A DNA stretch of 64,000 bases, from positions 1-64,000 of the IMG/VR virus record IMGVR_UViG_3300030514_000001. One strand, given 5' to 3'. Below the pieces are notes generated by a model. The model was not told the origin of the DNA. It made no database searches and saw only the letters and a list, made by a program, of their open reading frames with translations. The stretch comes from a virus. Lineage: Duplodnaviria; Heunggongvirae; Uroviricota; Caudoviricetes; Herelleviridae. The translations under genes and the position numbers were made by a program. Below are positions 56,191 to 64,000 of this stretch, piece after piece (within the stretch, counting starts at the first letter, position 1; every line of letters starts with the position of its first letter).

Positions 56191-57293
56191 AGATTGGAGC
56201 GATACCAGCAGCAACTATCTCTACATTCTTCTTTACTTCTATAGGAGATAAAGCATACGCGGAAACGATTAGTAATGATTCATTCTTTGATAAAGGTAAG
56301 AGCATGTTCTCTGGGTTCATCAAAGATACATTAATACCTACAGGAACACCAAACCCTATAAAAGAAGTAATGGATTGGTTCGGGGAGTTCGTCACTCTTA
56401 TTAAAGACTTACCGCACAATGTAGCGAAGATGTCCGCAGAGCTGTTGTCTTGGATATACGACTTATGCGCTGGACTTATCTTAAAGACTCCTCTGTTCTT
56501 ATTCGATAATGAATGGTTTACAACAATGAGTTTAGGATTTAGCGGAGTATCTATAGGGATTGTAGTTGTTCTTACTGTTGTAGAATGCATTAAAAGAATG
56601 TTATCTGGAGCAAATAAGAAGCTAAGACCGATGGAGTTTTCTACAATTATGAAACGCTGGTCACTTATGGCGGGTGTCACATCGGTAACGCCTTTCTTGT
56701 TCAAGTCCGCATTCAAATTATTAAATCTCATCTCTGGCAAACTTACAAGTATGGGTAGCGAAATTATGACAGCTAGTGCCTTGACTATTACATTTAGTAC
56801 GATTGATGTTATCACATTGTTAGTATTCGATGCGATACTGATTTCTACAGTTATTCCGATGTTATGGACGAATGGAAGAAGATTTTTTGACCTATTGGTA
56901 TTAGGCGTAGTAGCTCCTGTCGCATTAGTATGTTGGGTATTTGATTCACATAGGCATTTCTTCAATCAATGGTTCAATAATGTCAAACATCTATCTCTTG
57001 TGCAAGTCTATCACTCTCTATTCCTACTAATTATCGGGTTATTCATCTTCGGTATCCCGTTCCCAGCCGACTTCACAGGTACAATCGTTAAGTTGCTCGT
57101 TGTAATCGGAGGCTTTGCTCGTATGCAGAACCCACCTAAAATCATTGCAAACAAATTAGATAATGGGAAGGGATTAGATGAAGTAATGAAGAGTAATGTA
57201 AAAGAGACATCTAAAAAGTTAATTAAGAACTTTGCAATGTCAAAAGCTACAATTTTAAGTCCGTTAGCGTTATTTAAGAAAATTAAAAAATAA
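56067..57293 (+). CDS. polytopic integral membrane protein (>=7 TM)
   Basis: 408 aa; K/R-rich segment then hydrophobic core ending AYA (signal-peptide-like), then about 7 TM helices; overlaps the upstream gene by 124 nt in another frame, so the start is uncertain. Confidence 0.5.
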   Translation: MDARHHQRDNASTDKRSKHLHHLSGRKLLIQKFKLLKSRLLKIGAIPAATISTFFFTSIGDKAYAETISNDSFFDKGKSMFSGFIKDTLIPTGTPNPIKEVMDWFGEFVTLIKDLPHNVAKMSAELLSWIYDLCAGLILKTPLFLFDNEWFTTMSLGFSGVSIGIVVVLTVVECIKRMLSGANKKLRPMEFSTIMKRWSLMAGVTSVTPFLFKSAFKLLNLISGKLTSMGSEIMTASALTITFSTIDVITLLVFDAILISTVIPMLWTNGRRFFDLLVLGVVAPVALVCWVFDSHRHFFNQWFNNVKHLSLVQVYHSLFLLIIGLFIFGIPFPADFTGTIVKLLVVIGGFARMQNPPKIIANKLDNGKGLDEVMKSNVKETSKKLIKNFAMSKATILSPLALFKKIKK

Positions 57294-57305
57294 GGAGAGG
57301 TTCTT

Positions 57306-57419
57306 ATGAGTATCACAACACTGATTTTACTGAATACAACGATGTTATTGGCGACTGCTGCTGTGAATGCTGTGCAATGTGTAATCATTATGAAGGAGTT
57401 GAAGCATCGTGAAGAGTAA
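57306..57419 (+). CDS. small hydrophobic peptide
   Basis: 37 aa, RBS TAAGGAGAGG; not in the track. Confidence 0.3.
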   Translation: MSITTLILLNTTMLLATAAVNAVQCVIIMKELKHREE

Positions 57420-59664
57420 AGGATACAAGAACATATCGAACTACTTCTCGCAGATTGAGGATGTATCAGGAGCCTTTAAAACCATCTTAGAACAAGAGAC
57501 AGACGGTGTATTCGGTATAGAGCTGGAGATGTATAAAGGAGGGCGTAATATTACAGTGGTTACGCCCCCACATATCCGTTTTAATGAAACGAACGTTCTA
57601 CCTTATCGTTTAACGTTAGTAGCGCGTCATACAGACGACTTACATGCTTATGAAGGTTATCTATCTAAACCCTCGTTCTTACCGTTGTACGAGGGCATGA
57701 GAGGCTTATTATTACGTGAATTACTGGAGATACAAGTAGGAGAGGATGAAGCACTAGAAATCCAGTGGCTATTCAAGAGATATGTAGATAATTGGCTCCT
57801 AACTTCTATAGAAAGGTATAAGAGTTACTTGAGTGGGAATGAATACCCTGCTGGTTCTAAAATAGGAAGAACATTTCAAGATAAAATCCTTCACGCTATC
57901 AATAAGTTATCATCATTTGATATGGCTCGAACATATAGTGAGAAAGTGGAACAGAAGATTGTTGGTAAAGTGTATAAATTCAAACTAGGAATCACCATTC
58001 GTTCTAAGGAACCTACGGCGCTCGTACAGCAGATTGAAACTATACTACGTAAATACGATTCGCATAATACGGTAAGCTTGTACAAGAGGAAGTTAAAGGG
58101 CTTAAAAGATGAATGTGAGGAAAGACTAGTTATGAACGGGGAGAATGTACTGAGTGATACAGAGATTGTATCCTTATTCGGTGGAACAGTAGTAGCTCCC
58201 CAAGAAGTTGAACACGCTCAATCTGTTACTACTGCACCGAATAAAGTTAGAACACCTAGAAAGGATATCGGAGGTCTAGTCTCGTTGTTGCCTACATATC
58301 CAAGAGAAGAAGTGAAAGTGGATGAAAATATTGTGAGCTACCTAGCCGAAGCCATGAAGCGTGTAGGTCTGATTCCAACAGCGAGACTAGCGAATAGTAC
58401 TGTCACAGCGGGTGCGCGGTTGACTGTTATTCAATGTGATATACCTAAGAAGAAGAACTTAAGTCATCTTATTTCAAAGGCTTCCGATATCCAAGCAGCA
58501 CTAGGAGTCCCTTCTCTTAGTATAGAACAAGGTGAGGAACCTGATACTGCCAAATTTACCCTACCAAACGAAGAAGCAGCCGTTATCAGCCTTAGAGAGC
58601 TTATAGAGAGTCCAGACTTCCAAGAGTACGCGAGTAATCATGCGTTACCATTTATAGTAGGTGTTGATGAAGTAGATACACCAATCTATCTAGACTTGAC
58701 AAAGCTCGTACATCTTATGATTGCAGGTACAACGGGTTCTGGTAAATCTGTATTTATGAATACACTAATCATTTGTCTCATGGCTACGAACTCACCAGAG
58801 ATGTTACGGTTTGTCATGATTGACCCTAAAATAGTAGAACTGGCTCAATACGAAGGGATGGCGCACGTAGATAAGATTGTAACGGATATGGAGAAAGCAG
58901 GGGAAGCACTCAATAAGCTAGTAGAAGAAATGGAGAAGCGATATGAAACGTTTAAGGATGCAGGAGTTAAAAATATAAAGGTCTACAATGAAGTAGCAGA
59001 CTGTAAAATGCCTTATATCGTATGTGTGATTGATGAATACGCAGACCTACATGATACAAACCCACATGTAGAAGAGTATGTCACACGACTAGGACAGAAA
59101 GCCCGTGCTGCTGGAATCCATTTAGTTATCGCTACACAAAGACCGGATGCAAAGGTAATCAGTGGACGTATCAAAGCAAATGTGCAGAATGCAATCAGTT
59201 TCAATTTAAACAGTAATGTAGATTATAAAACAGTATTCGGTAAAGGTATAGGAAATACGACTCTGCTGGGTCGTGGAGATGGTGTCATGAGAATAGTAGC
59301 TCACCCTAAAGAGTTCCAGAGATTCCAGAGCGCTATTGTATCTCCTAATGAAGTGGAAGAAGGTAAAGTGTATCAAAAGATTAGGGATTACTTTGGTGGA
59401 GAGTTAGTCGAAGAGGAGATAGAAGAAACAGAAGAAGTTGATACAGAGGAACCGTTAGTGAAGCTTAAAAAGATTATCGCTCGTACTAGGGAGACGAAGG
59501 TAGGTAGGCTTAGAGAACTCATGGGAATCAAAGCAGAAGTATTAACAGACCTCATGGGTAAGTTAGTGGAAGAAGGTTGGCTCATCAAACACGCTTCTAA
59601 GACAAAAGGATATGAGCTAATCATTCCAGAAGAGATGTTAAACGAATATAAAGGTGATTGGTAA
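57409..59664 (+). CDS. FtsK/SpoIIIE-family DNA translocase-like ATPase (soluble N-domain + motor + gamma-like wHTH)
   Basis: Walker A MIAGTTGSGKS, Walker B VCVIDEYADL, RAAGIHLVIATQRPD motif, C-terminal ETKVGRLRELMGIKAEVLTDLMGKLVEEGWL winged-helix; no TM in the 751 aa. Confidence 0.8.
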   Translation: MKSKGYKNISNYFSQIEDVSGAFKTILEQETDGVFGIELEMYKGGRNITVVTPPHIRFNETNVLPYRLTLVARHTDDLHAYEGYLSKPSFLPLYEGMRGLLLRELLEIQVGEDEALEIQWLFKRYVDNWLLTSIERYKSYLSGNEYPAGSKIGRTFQDKILHAINKLSSFDMARTYSEKVEQKIVGKVYKFKLGITIRSKEPTALVQQIETILRKYDSHNTVSLYKRKLKGLKDECEERLVMNGENVLSDTEIVSLFGGTVVAPQEVEHAQSVTTAPNKVRTPRKDIGGLVSLLPTYPREEVKVDENIVSYLAEAMKRVGLIPTARLANSTVTAGARLTVIQCDIPKKKNLSHLISKASDIQAALGVPSLSIEQGEEPDTAKFTLPNEEAAVISLRELIESPDFQEYASNHALPFIVGVDEVDTPIYLDLTKLVHLMIAGTTGSGKSVFMNTLIICLMATNSPEMLRFVMIDPKIVELAQYEGMAHVDKIVTDMEKAGEALNKLVEEMEKRYETFKDAGVKNIKVYNEVADCKMPYIVCVIDEYADLHDTNPHVEEYVTRLGQKARAAGIHLVIATQRPDAKVISGRIKANVQNAISFNLNSNVDYKTVFGKGIGNTTLLGRGDGVMRIVAHPKEFQRFQSAIVSPNEVEEGKVYQKIRDYFGGELVEEEIEETEEVDTEEPLVKLKKIIARTRETKVGRLRELMGIKAEVLTDLMGKLVEEGWLIKHASKTKGYELIIPEEMLNEYKGDW

Positions 59665-59682
59665 AAAAAAATAAAAAAGTTG

Positions 59683-59711
59683 TTGACTAATAGTAAAGTG
59701 GGTAGTAAGAT
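59683..59711 (+). promoter_or_regulatory. sigma-A-type promoter (TTGACT-17-TAAGAT), AGTTGTTGACT family
   Basis: Directly after the FtsK-like gene, preceded by an A-rich UP-like tract. Confidence 0.6.
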
Positions 59712-59743
59712 AAGTGTATAAGATAAACAAGGAGATGAAGAAA

Positions 59744-60145
59744 ATGAAACGAGAATGGGTTAGAGGTTTTACGCATCAATTTAAGAACTTATTTGAAGAG
59801 GATGGCGTTGTTATTTACGAGGAGGATGTTTGTGAAAAGATGCAGGATATGTTTGATACACTACCTGTTAGGTACAAAATGGATATTGTGCGAGTCGAGA
59901 TATTTGATTGTGATTCATATTTCTTCCAACTAGTAGGTAACAATAATAAAGAAGAATTTTTAACATTAGCGGAACATGTAGAGTATTTACTTAAATACAA
60001 TATCTCAATTGTCAAGAGTTACGATGAGTATAATAACATTTGTAATTTTTTAGGTAGACTAGGAGTTAAACACAGTAGAGAAGTCGAAACCAATTTCGCT
60101 AAAGAGCGTATCTGGGTTATCGGAATAGACAGGGAGTGGAAATAG
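59744..60145 (+). CDS. hypothetical protein
   Basis: ATG after AAGGAGATGAAGAAA; follows a promoter. Confidence 0.5.
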   Translation: MKREWVRGFTHQFKNLFEEDGVVIYEEDVCEKMQDMFDTLPVRYKMDIVRVEIFDCDSYFFQLVGNNNKEEFLTLAEHVEYLLKYNISIVKSYDEYNNICNFLGRLGVKHSREVETNFAKERIWVIGIDREWK

Positions 60146-60391
60146 GTGTCGGTATCATCTTTATTGTACACAAATTATAGTAGTAACCCATACGCAAGGG
60201 AAATAGCAGAATGCAGGTGGTGGATTGAAAATCCTGACGCTAGGAAAAAGAGATTACAAGAAATATATAGTAAAGATTATTTTTGCCCTCATTGTAGAAA
60301 ATCTTTAGCGTGGCATAGTGACCATATGCGATTTATCTGGTTTGAGTGTATAACTGTTGATTGTAGCGGAGAACAAAAAGTATGGTTATAA
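60146..60391 (+). CDS. small zinc-finger protein
   Basis: CPHCRKS...CITVDC; GTG start. Confidence 0.45.
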   Translation: MSVSSLLYTNYSSNPYAREIAECRWWIENPDARKKRLQEIYSKDYFCPHCRKSLAWHSDHMRFIWFECITVDCSGEQKVWL

Positions 60392-60404
60392 GGAGAGGAT
60401 TAAT

Positions 60405-60587
60405 ATGAAAGTTAAAAAGAAATCAGGTAAACCGTTTAAATCAGGGAACAAGGTGAATACAGTTATAGGTATTATCCACCATCCAGAGGTTAAAGGGGAG
60501 AAAGCATACATCTTTAAAGAGGATGCTTCTTATGTGAGTGTAACAATGTGTGAAGAGGTGAAGGAGGGTGAAACAATTGAAGAATAG
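60405..60587 (+). CDS. hypothetical small protein
   Basis: ATG after TAAGGAGAGGAT. Confidence 0.5.
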   Translation: MKVKKKSGKPFKSGNKVNTVIGIIHHPEVKGEKAYIFKEDASYVSVTMCEEVKEGETIEE

Positions 60588-61080
60588 AAAACCGGCTATC
60601 ATCGGATTGGCTGTTGTGTGTCTGTTCACAGGATATCATACGTTTTTTGGGAAAGCGAAGACGGTTACAAATGTAGCTAGTCTTCCGTACACTGAGACAG
60701 ATAGACGAGCGAACCAGTATCAGATTGATGAGTTGAAGTACGAGAAGAATAAAGCGGACTTTATTGAAATTTTAGATTATTTAGTATCATTCGAAAATAT
60801 GGGTTACTTTAATATGAAGTGGGATATCCCAGATAAGTATACTGTAACTGTCTCTTTAGATATTGACAATGCAGCTAGAGTTCACGATGCTACTGCTGTA
60901 CAGGTTTATGATATCGTGAGAGCGAATAAGGATAGCTTCGGGTATTATTTACAAGCTTTTAATAATACATTCCATAATGGGAAAGCTAAAGAAGGCGACT
61001 TAACTCTCATCATAACAAATAAACAGGGTAAAGAGATTGCTCGTACACAGAAGTTATTAGAATCGAGCGCTCACCAGTAA
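60577..61080 (+). CDS. membrane-anchored protein (N-terminal TM)
   Basis: TTG 9 nt after AAGGAGG; N-terminal hydrophobic anchor AIIGLAVVCLFTGY. Confidence 0.5.
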   Translation: MKNRKPAIIGLAVVCLFTGYHTFFGKAKTVTNVASLPYTETDRRANQYQIDELKYEKNKADFIEILDYLVSFENMGYFNMKWDIPDKYTVTVSLDIDNAARVHDATAVQVYDIVRANKDSFGYYLQAFNNTFHNGKAKEGDLTLIITNKQGKEIARTQKLLESSAHQ

Positions 61081-61089
61081 GGAGACAGT

Positions 61090-61191
61090 ATGACTTTGTA
61101 TATGGATTCTCACACGGGTATGATTATAACGGCTGTAGGAGTCATTGCGATTGGTTATCTTATGTTCTGGTTCTTACATAAAATGAAATAA
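61090..61191 (+). CDS. small TM peptide
   Basis: 33 aa, RBS TAAGGAGACAG; not in the track. Confidence 0.3.
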   Translation: MTLYMDSHTGMIITAVGVIAIGYLMFWFLHKMK

Positions 61192-61217
61192 CGTGTGAGA
61201 TTTTTTAAAAATAGTTG

Positions 61218-61246
61218 TTGACTTTAAGTAAATAGTGTGATAAGAT
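61218..61246 (+). promoter_or_regulatory. sigma-A-type promoter (TTGACT-17-TAAGAT), AGTTGTTGACTTTAAGTAAA family
   Basis: Near-identical to other family members. Confidence 0.65.
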
Positions 61247-61287
61247 AAAGACAGTTAAGAAAAACAATTACTTAGGAGGAAATACAA

Positions 61288-61443
61288 ATGACTAAGAAAG
61301 CATGTAGCGAAGTAAAAGAGTGTATCCTTTGTTTTAACACAAATAAGGATGAAATCGAAAAGGTTCCAGTATTTACAGATAGAGATGGGAATGAAGGTGA
61401 GTTTGTAGAGTGGATGTGCAAAGAAGGAAAAGGATGTTGCTAA
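61288..61443 (+). CDS. small Cys-rich (zinc-binding) protein
   Basis: 51 aa, CSEVKECILC...WMCKEGKGCC; RBS TTAGGAGGAAAT; follows a promoter. Confidence 0.4.
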   Translation: MTKKACSEVKECILCFNTNKDEIEKVPVFTDRDGNEGEFVEWMCKEGKGCC

Positions 61444-61456
61444 AGGGGGAGATAAT

Positions 61457-61621
61457 ATGTACGAAGTAATATGGTGGCTAGAAGGGGATGACTTCTCTTC
61501 TAGTGTTCCAGCTAAGACTAGGACAGAAGCGATTGAACGCGCGCAACGGGCTTACGATAATGGGGCTATTAAGGTACAAGTTAAAGAAACAATATATACT
61601 ATAAAAAGAAAAGATGAATAA
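61457..61621 (+). CDS. hypothetical small protein
   Basis: 54 aa, RBS AAAGGGGGAGAT. Confidence 0.4.
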   Translation: MYEVIWWLEGDDFSSSVPAKTRTEAIERAQRAYDNGAIKVQVKETIYTIKRKDE

Positions 61622-61628
61622 AAAGTTG

Positions 61629-61657
61629 TTGACTTAAAGTAAAATAGATGATAATAT
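61629..61657 (+). promoter_or_regulatory. sigma-A-type promoter (TTGACT-17-TAATAT), AGTTGTTGACTTAAAGTAAA family
   Basis: Near-identical to the 44253 copy. Confidence 0.65.
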
Positions 61658-61683
61658 AAAGATAACGAAAGGAGGTGCTGTCT

Positions 61684-61869
61684 GTGGGAAGTGAAATAAC
61701 AGTGGTTTTAGGCGGGTTATCCTGCTTAAGAAGACATGGTTGGTGTAGAATCTTAAAAGACCATGCATCAGAGATTGAATTGATTACACATACTTTAGAT
61801 GAATGTTGCGTTAAGCATTCAAAACAAGAAGATGAAACTTGCGTAAGGATTTACGCTACCATTAAATAA
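61684..61869 (+). CDS. hypothetical small Cys protein
   Basis: GTG after AAAGGAGGTG; follows a promoter. Confidence 0.4.
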   Translation: MGSEITVVLGGLSCLRRHGWCRILKDHASEIELITHTLDECCVKHSKQEDETCVRIYATIK

Positions 61870-61884
61870 TTGGAGGAGATATCA

Positions 61885-62103
61885 ATGGAAAGAGAATTGT
61901 TCTTAAATCAAAGTTATCAAGTAGCGCCGGGTAAAACGAGTGTTACTTCCACACCACTAACATTTGTTAATTATGGTAGAGATGACGTGCTACCTCGAAT
62001 TGACAGGATTATGGAAGCTTATACAGCTAATAGTAAATGCTTTGGCTTTACAAACATTAAGTATTGGTTAACAGATTATAATGTAACGAGAGGGGAATAT
62101 TAA
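61885..62103 (+). CDS. hypothetical protein
   Basis: ATG 7 nt after TTGGAGGAG. Confidence 0.5.
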   Translation: MERELFLNQSYQVAPGKTSVTSTPLTFVNYGRDDVLPRIDRIMEAYTANSKCFGFTNIKYWLTDYNVTRGEY

Positions 62104-62104
62104 A

Positions 62105-62842
62105 ATGAAAACAACATTAAAAAGAGGACATTTAATTAGTAGTGTGTATCTACCAGACGGAAAGTATGTAATTACAGATGTATGGGAACAACAACCCCAG
62201 AACACAGTAGGGAACAGAAGGTCTAGTTATGAGAATAAGTTTAAGGCGGTAGAGGTTCATGATGACGGTTCCTACAAACAACCAATACATGAGATTGAAT
62301 TTAGCACATGCGCAGTTTATACAGGTAGTGTAGCAGAAATTAACATCACAATTCATGATGAGTTAGAAGAAGTATTTCTTTCTAAAGAGGCGAGAGAAAA
62401 ATTAAATGCTACCTCATTGAAGACAGCTAACGCTATGTACACAGTAAGCGCATCTCTAGAGTACAATAGCGGTGAAAGTACAACCCTATACGCAGGTTTC
62501 TCTAACGAAGAAGCAGATAAAGCGGTTAAAAATGCCCGAGGTGACTACGAAGATTTTTATAAAGAAATCTGGGTTGATGGCGTAAAAGTACGCTCGTATT
62601 ATAAGGCGTATAGTAACTCCGAGTGGAAATCAGAAGCAGGAGACATCAGTGATTTATCTGTAGAGACTTTAGCCGCATTAAACAACCTAGAGTTAGCGGT
62701 AGAGCGTATTAAGCGTACAAAAGAAATTAAGGATGTTTTACCAGAGGAAGAGCAAGATAAATTAGAAAAGCTCATCCGCGATACATTTGGACAAGCACAT
62801 GCAATGAGTAGTTTACTAGAAGGTATTCGAGTACCTAACTAA
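62105..62842 (+). CDS. hypothetical protein (shares a domain with the next gene)
   Basis: C-terminal TLYAGFSNEEADKAVK...FYKEIWVDGVKV and ...AALNNLELAV.. resemble ORF 62859. Confidence 0.55.
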   Translation: MKTTLKRGHLISSVYLPDGKYVITDVWEQQPQNTVGNRRSSYENKFKAVEVHDDGSYKQPIHEIEFSTCAVYTGSVAEINITIHDELEEVFLSKEAREKLNATSLKTANAMYTVSASLEYNSGESTTLYAGFSNEEADKAVKNARGDYEDFYKEIWVDGVKVRSYYKAYSNSEWKSEAGDISDLSVETLAALNNLELAVERIKRTKEIKDVLPEEEQDKLEKLIRDTFGQAHAMSSLLEGIRVPN

Positions 62843-62858
62843 GAGGAGGAATATTGAA

Positions 62859-63269
62859 ATGTCAAATAATAATGTAAATATCACTTATGTAGTAACTGGT
62901 TACGATGAGTTGAATGGGTCTACTCCTGTACTATACGCAGGTTTCGATGAGCAATTAGCCGATGATTCTGTTAAAGATTCTATCTTATGCGACTTTGAAA
63001 AAGAGGTGTGGTGCAATGGACAACGGGTACAGTTGTTTTCTAAATCACGAATCGGAGATAAATGGGGTTTAAGAGGGGACGAGCTTAAAAAAATGTTGGA
63101 TGCTGCACTAAACAATTCTTGTGAGTTGGTAAAACAATTAGATAAGTTTGAAAAGGTGAAACAGTTACTAGTCAATCAAGATAACCCGAACCATACCGCA
63201 GATAAGCTAAGAGACATCTCTAACAATGTAAATACAATCAAACACATCATGGAGGATTTATATGTGTAA
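62859..63269 (+). CDS. hypothetical protein (paralogous domain to the C-terminus of 62105-62842)
   Basis: PVLYAGFDEQLADDSVK...FEKEVWCNGQRV and ..AALNNSCELV..; RBS TAAGAGGAGGAAT. Confidence 0.55.
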   Translation: MSNNNVNITYVVTGYDELNGSTPVLYAGFDEQLADDSVKDSILCDFEKEVWCNGQRVQLFSKSRIGDKWGLRGDELKKMLDAALNNSCELVKQLDKFEKVKQLLVNQDNPNHTADKLRDISNNVNTIKHIMEDLYV

Positions 63270-63603
63270 GCGTGAGATGGCTAATAATGGGACAGGCGGT
63301 TGTATCACTTGTCCGTTCGCTTATACGGATGATTCTGAACAGGCACAGAACTACGGTTGCTTACCTTGCGAGTATGACATTATCAAGATGAAAGAGGATA
63401 CTGGGCATAACTGGGCTTGCCATTATGACGAGACGGTTATGTGTGGTGGATTCATCACAGAAGTTAAGCGACGTAGACCAGAATTGGACTTGACTAAAGG
63501 TGGACTAATATCATATGATACATGGTATAAAGAAGGACAAGAAGAAGCTATTAAAGAAGCGGAGGAGAAGTTAAATGAAAAGATATCTAATATTCGGGTT
63601 TGA
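63262..63603 (+). CDS. Cys-rich zinc-binding protein
   Basis: GGCITCPF...GCLPCEYD...WACHYD..MCGG. Confidence 0.5.
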   Translation: MCKREMANNGTGGCITCPFAYTDDSEQAQNYGCLPCEYDIIKMKEDTGHNWACHYDETVMCGGFITEVKRRRPELDLTKGGLISYDTWYKEGQEEAIKEAEEKLNEKISNIRV

Positions 63604-63841
63604 TAATTATTATCCTTGCGGTGGTTTTGATGATTTAGTAGCGGTCACGGATGATTTAACAAAAGGAATTGAATACATCAGAGAGCATCATGAAGACTTA
63701 TTAGAAGGGTTCAGCTCTGGTAGATTTGATAATTTCTATGTATTCGACAGTATAGAGAATCAATGGTATGTAGCTCGTGTAGAACTATCGACAGAGACAA
63801 TTTACTTAGAGGACGTAGAGTTAGACTATAAAGTACTATAG
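63575..63841 (+). CDS. hypothetical protein
   Basis: RBS GCGGAGGAGAAG. Confidence 0.5.
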   Translation: MKRYLIFGFDNYYPCGGFDDLVAVTDDLTKGIEYIREHHEDLLEGFSSGRFDNFYVFDSIENQWYVARVELSTETIYLEDVELDYKVL

Positions 63842-63852
63842 GAGGGTTTACG

Positions 63853-64000
63853 ATGATACAGTACATAAAAGATTATATTAGACTGTTCTGGCACATCAAT
63901 TTATGGGGCGGAGGGATTACACAAGCAGAACTAAGGAGTACACACGAGTTAGCGAAAGCAGCTAATCCCGCGTACAGAGTCAGTATAGGGGGTACGTGGG
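63853..64000 (+). CDS. hypothetical protein (3'-truncated by the window end)
   Basis: ATG 6 nt after GGAGGG; open to the end of the window. Confidence 0.4.
   Translation, partial: MIQYIKDYIRLFWHINLWGGGITQAELRSTHELAKAANPAYRVSIGGTW

Noticed and set aside
56156-56965. 269-aa minus-strand ORF (plus a 149-aa one at 55674-56123) opposite the polytopic membrane protein genes
   Set aside because: N/S/T/I-rich composition typical of the antisense frame of a T-rich TM-coding gene. No RBS. The + strand genes have coherent TM patterns and RBSs, so these are treated as shadow ORFs.

Overview
This 64-kb window is the densely packed early/replication region of a large lytic Firmicutes (Bacillus-type) phage, about 40% GC. 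About 123 of 125 genes sit on the + strand, and no integrase or lysogeny genes were seen. The organisation resembles SPO1-like Herelleviridae phages: a family-A DNA polymerase split by a group I intron that carries an I-HmuI-like HNH endonuclease, an HU/TF1-like protein, phage sigma factors, and clusters of tiny genes each behind a near-identical sigma-A-type promoter. The replication and nucleotide-metabolism set includes: SbcD/SbcC-like nucleases, a DnaG-type primase, a dUTPase-family protein with a large insertion, class Ib ribonucleotide reductase genes (nrdE, nrdF, an NrdI-like flavodoxin, a CxxC redoxin), a RecA-like recombinase, an SSB-like protein with NPYGQ repeats, a second metallophosphoesterase and a PD-(D/E)xK nuclease. 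Accessory content is concentrated between about 52.7 and 59.7 kb. (1) An actin-like (ParM/Alp-type) ATPase is followed by a small putative ribbon-helix-helix protein, with phased T-tract iteron-like repeats upstream. (2) A small inverted island holds the only - strand genes: an HNH homing endonuclease broken by a perfect 20-bp tandem duplication, and a 53-aa ORF. (3) A roughly 200-bp non-coding stretch is packed with GGGAAAAAC/TTCCC direct and inverted motifs. (4) A tightly overlapping operon encodes small membrane proteins, a polytopic membrane protein of at least 7 TM segments, and a soluble FtsK/SpoIIIE-family ATPase with a C-terminal gamma-like winged helix. Item 4 is the best candidate for an undescribed phage membrane DNA-translocation system. 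No tRNA, rRNA or CRISPR array was recognised by eye. Gene coordinates come from the six-frame track, with starts adjusted where an RBS argued for a different start. Splice-site and terminator coordinates are approximate.
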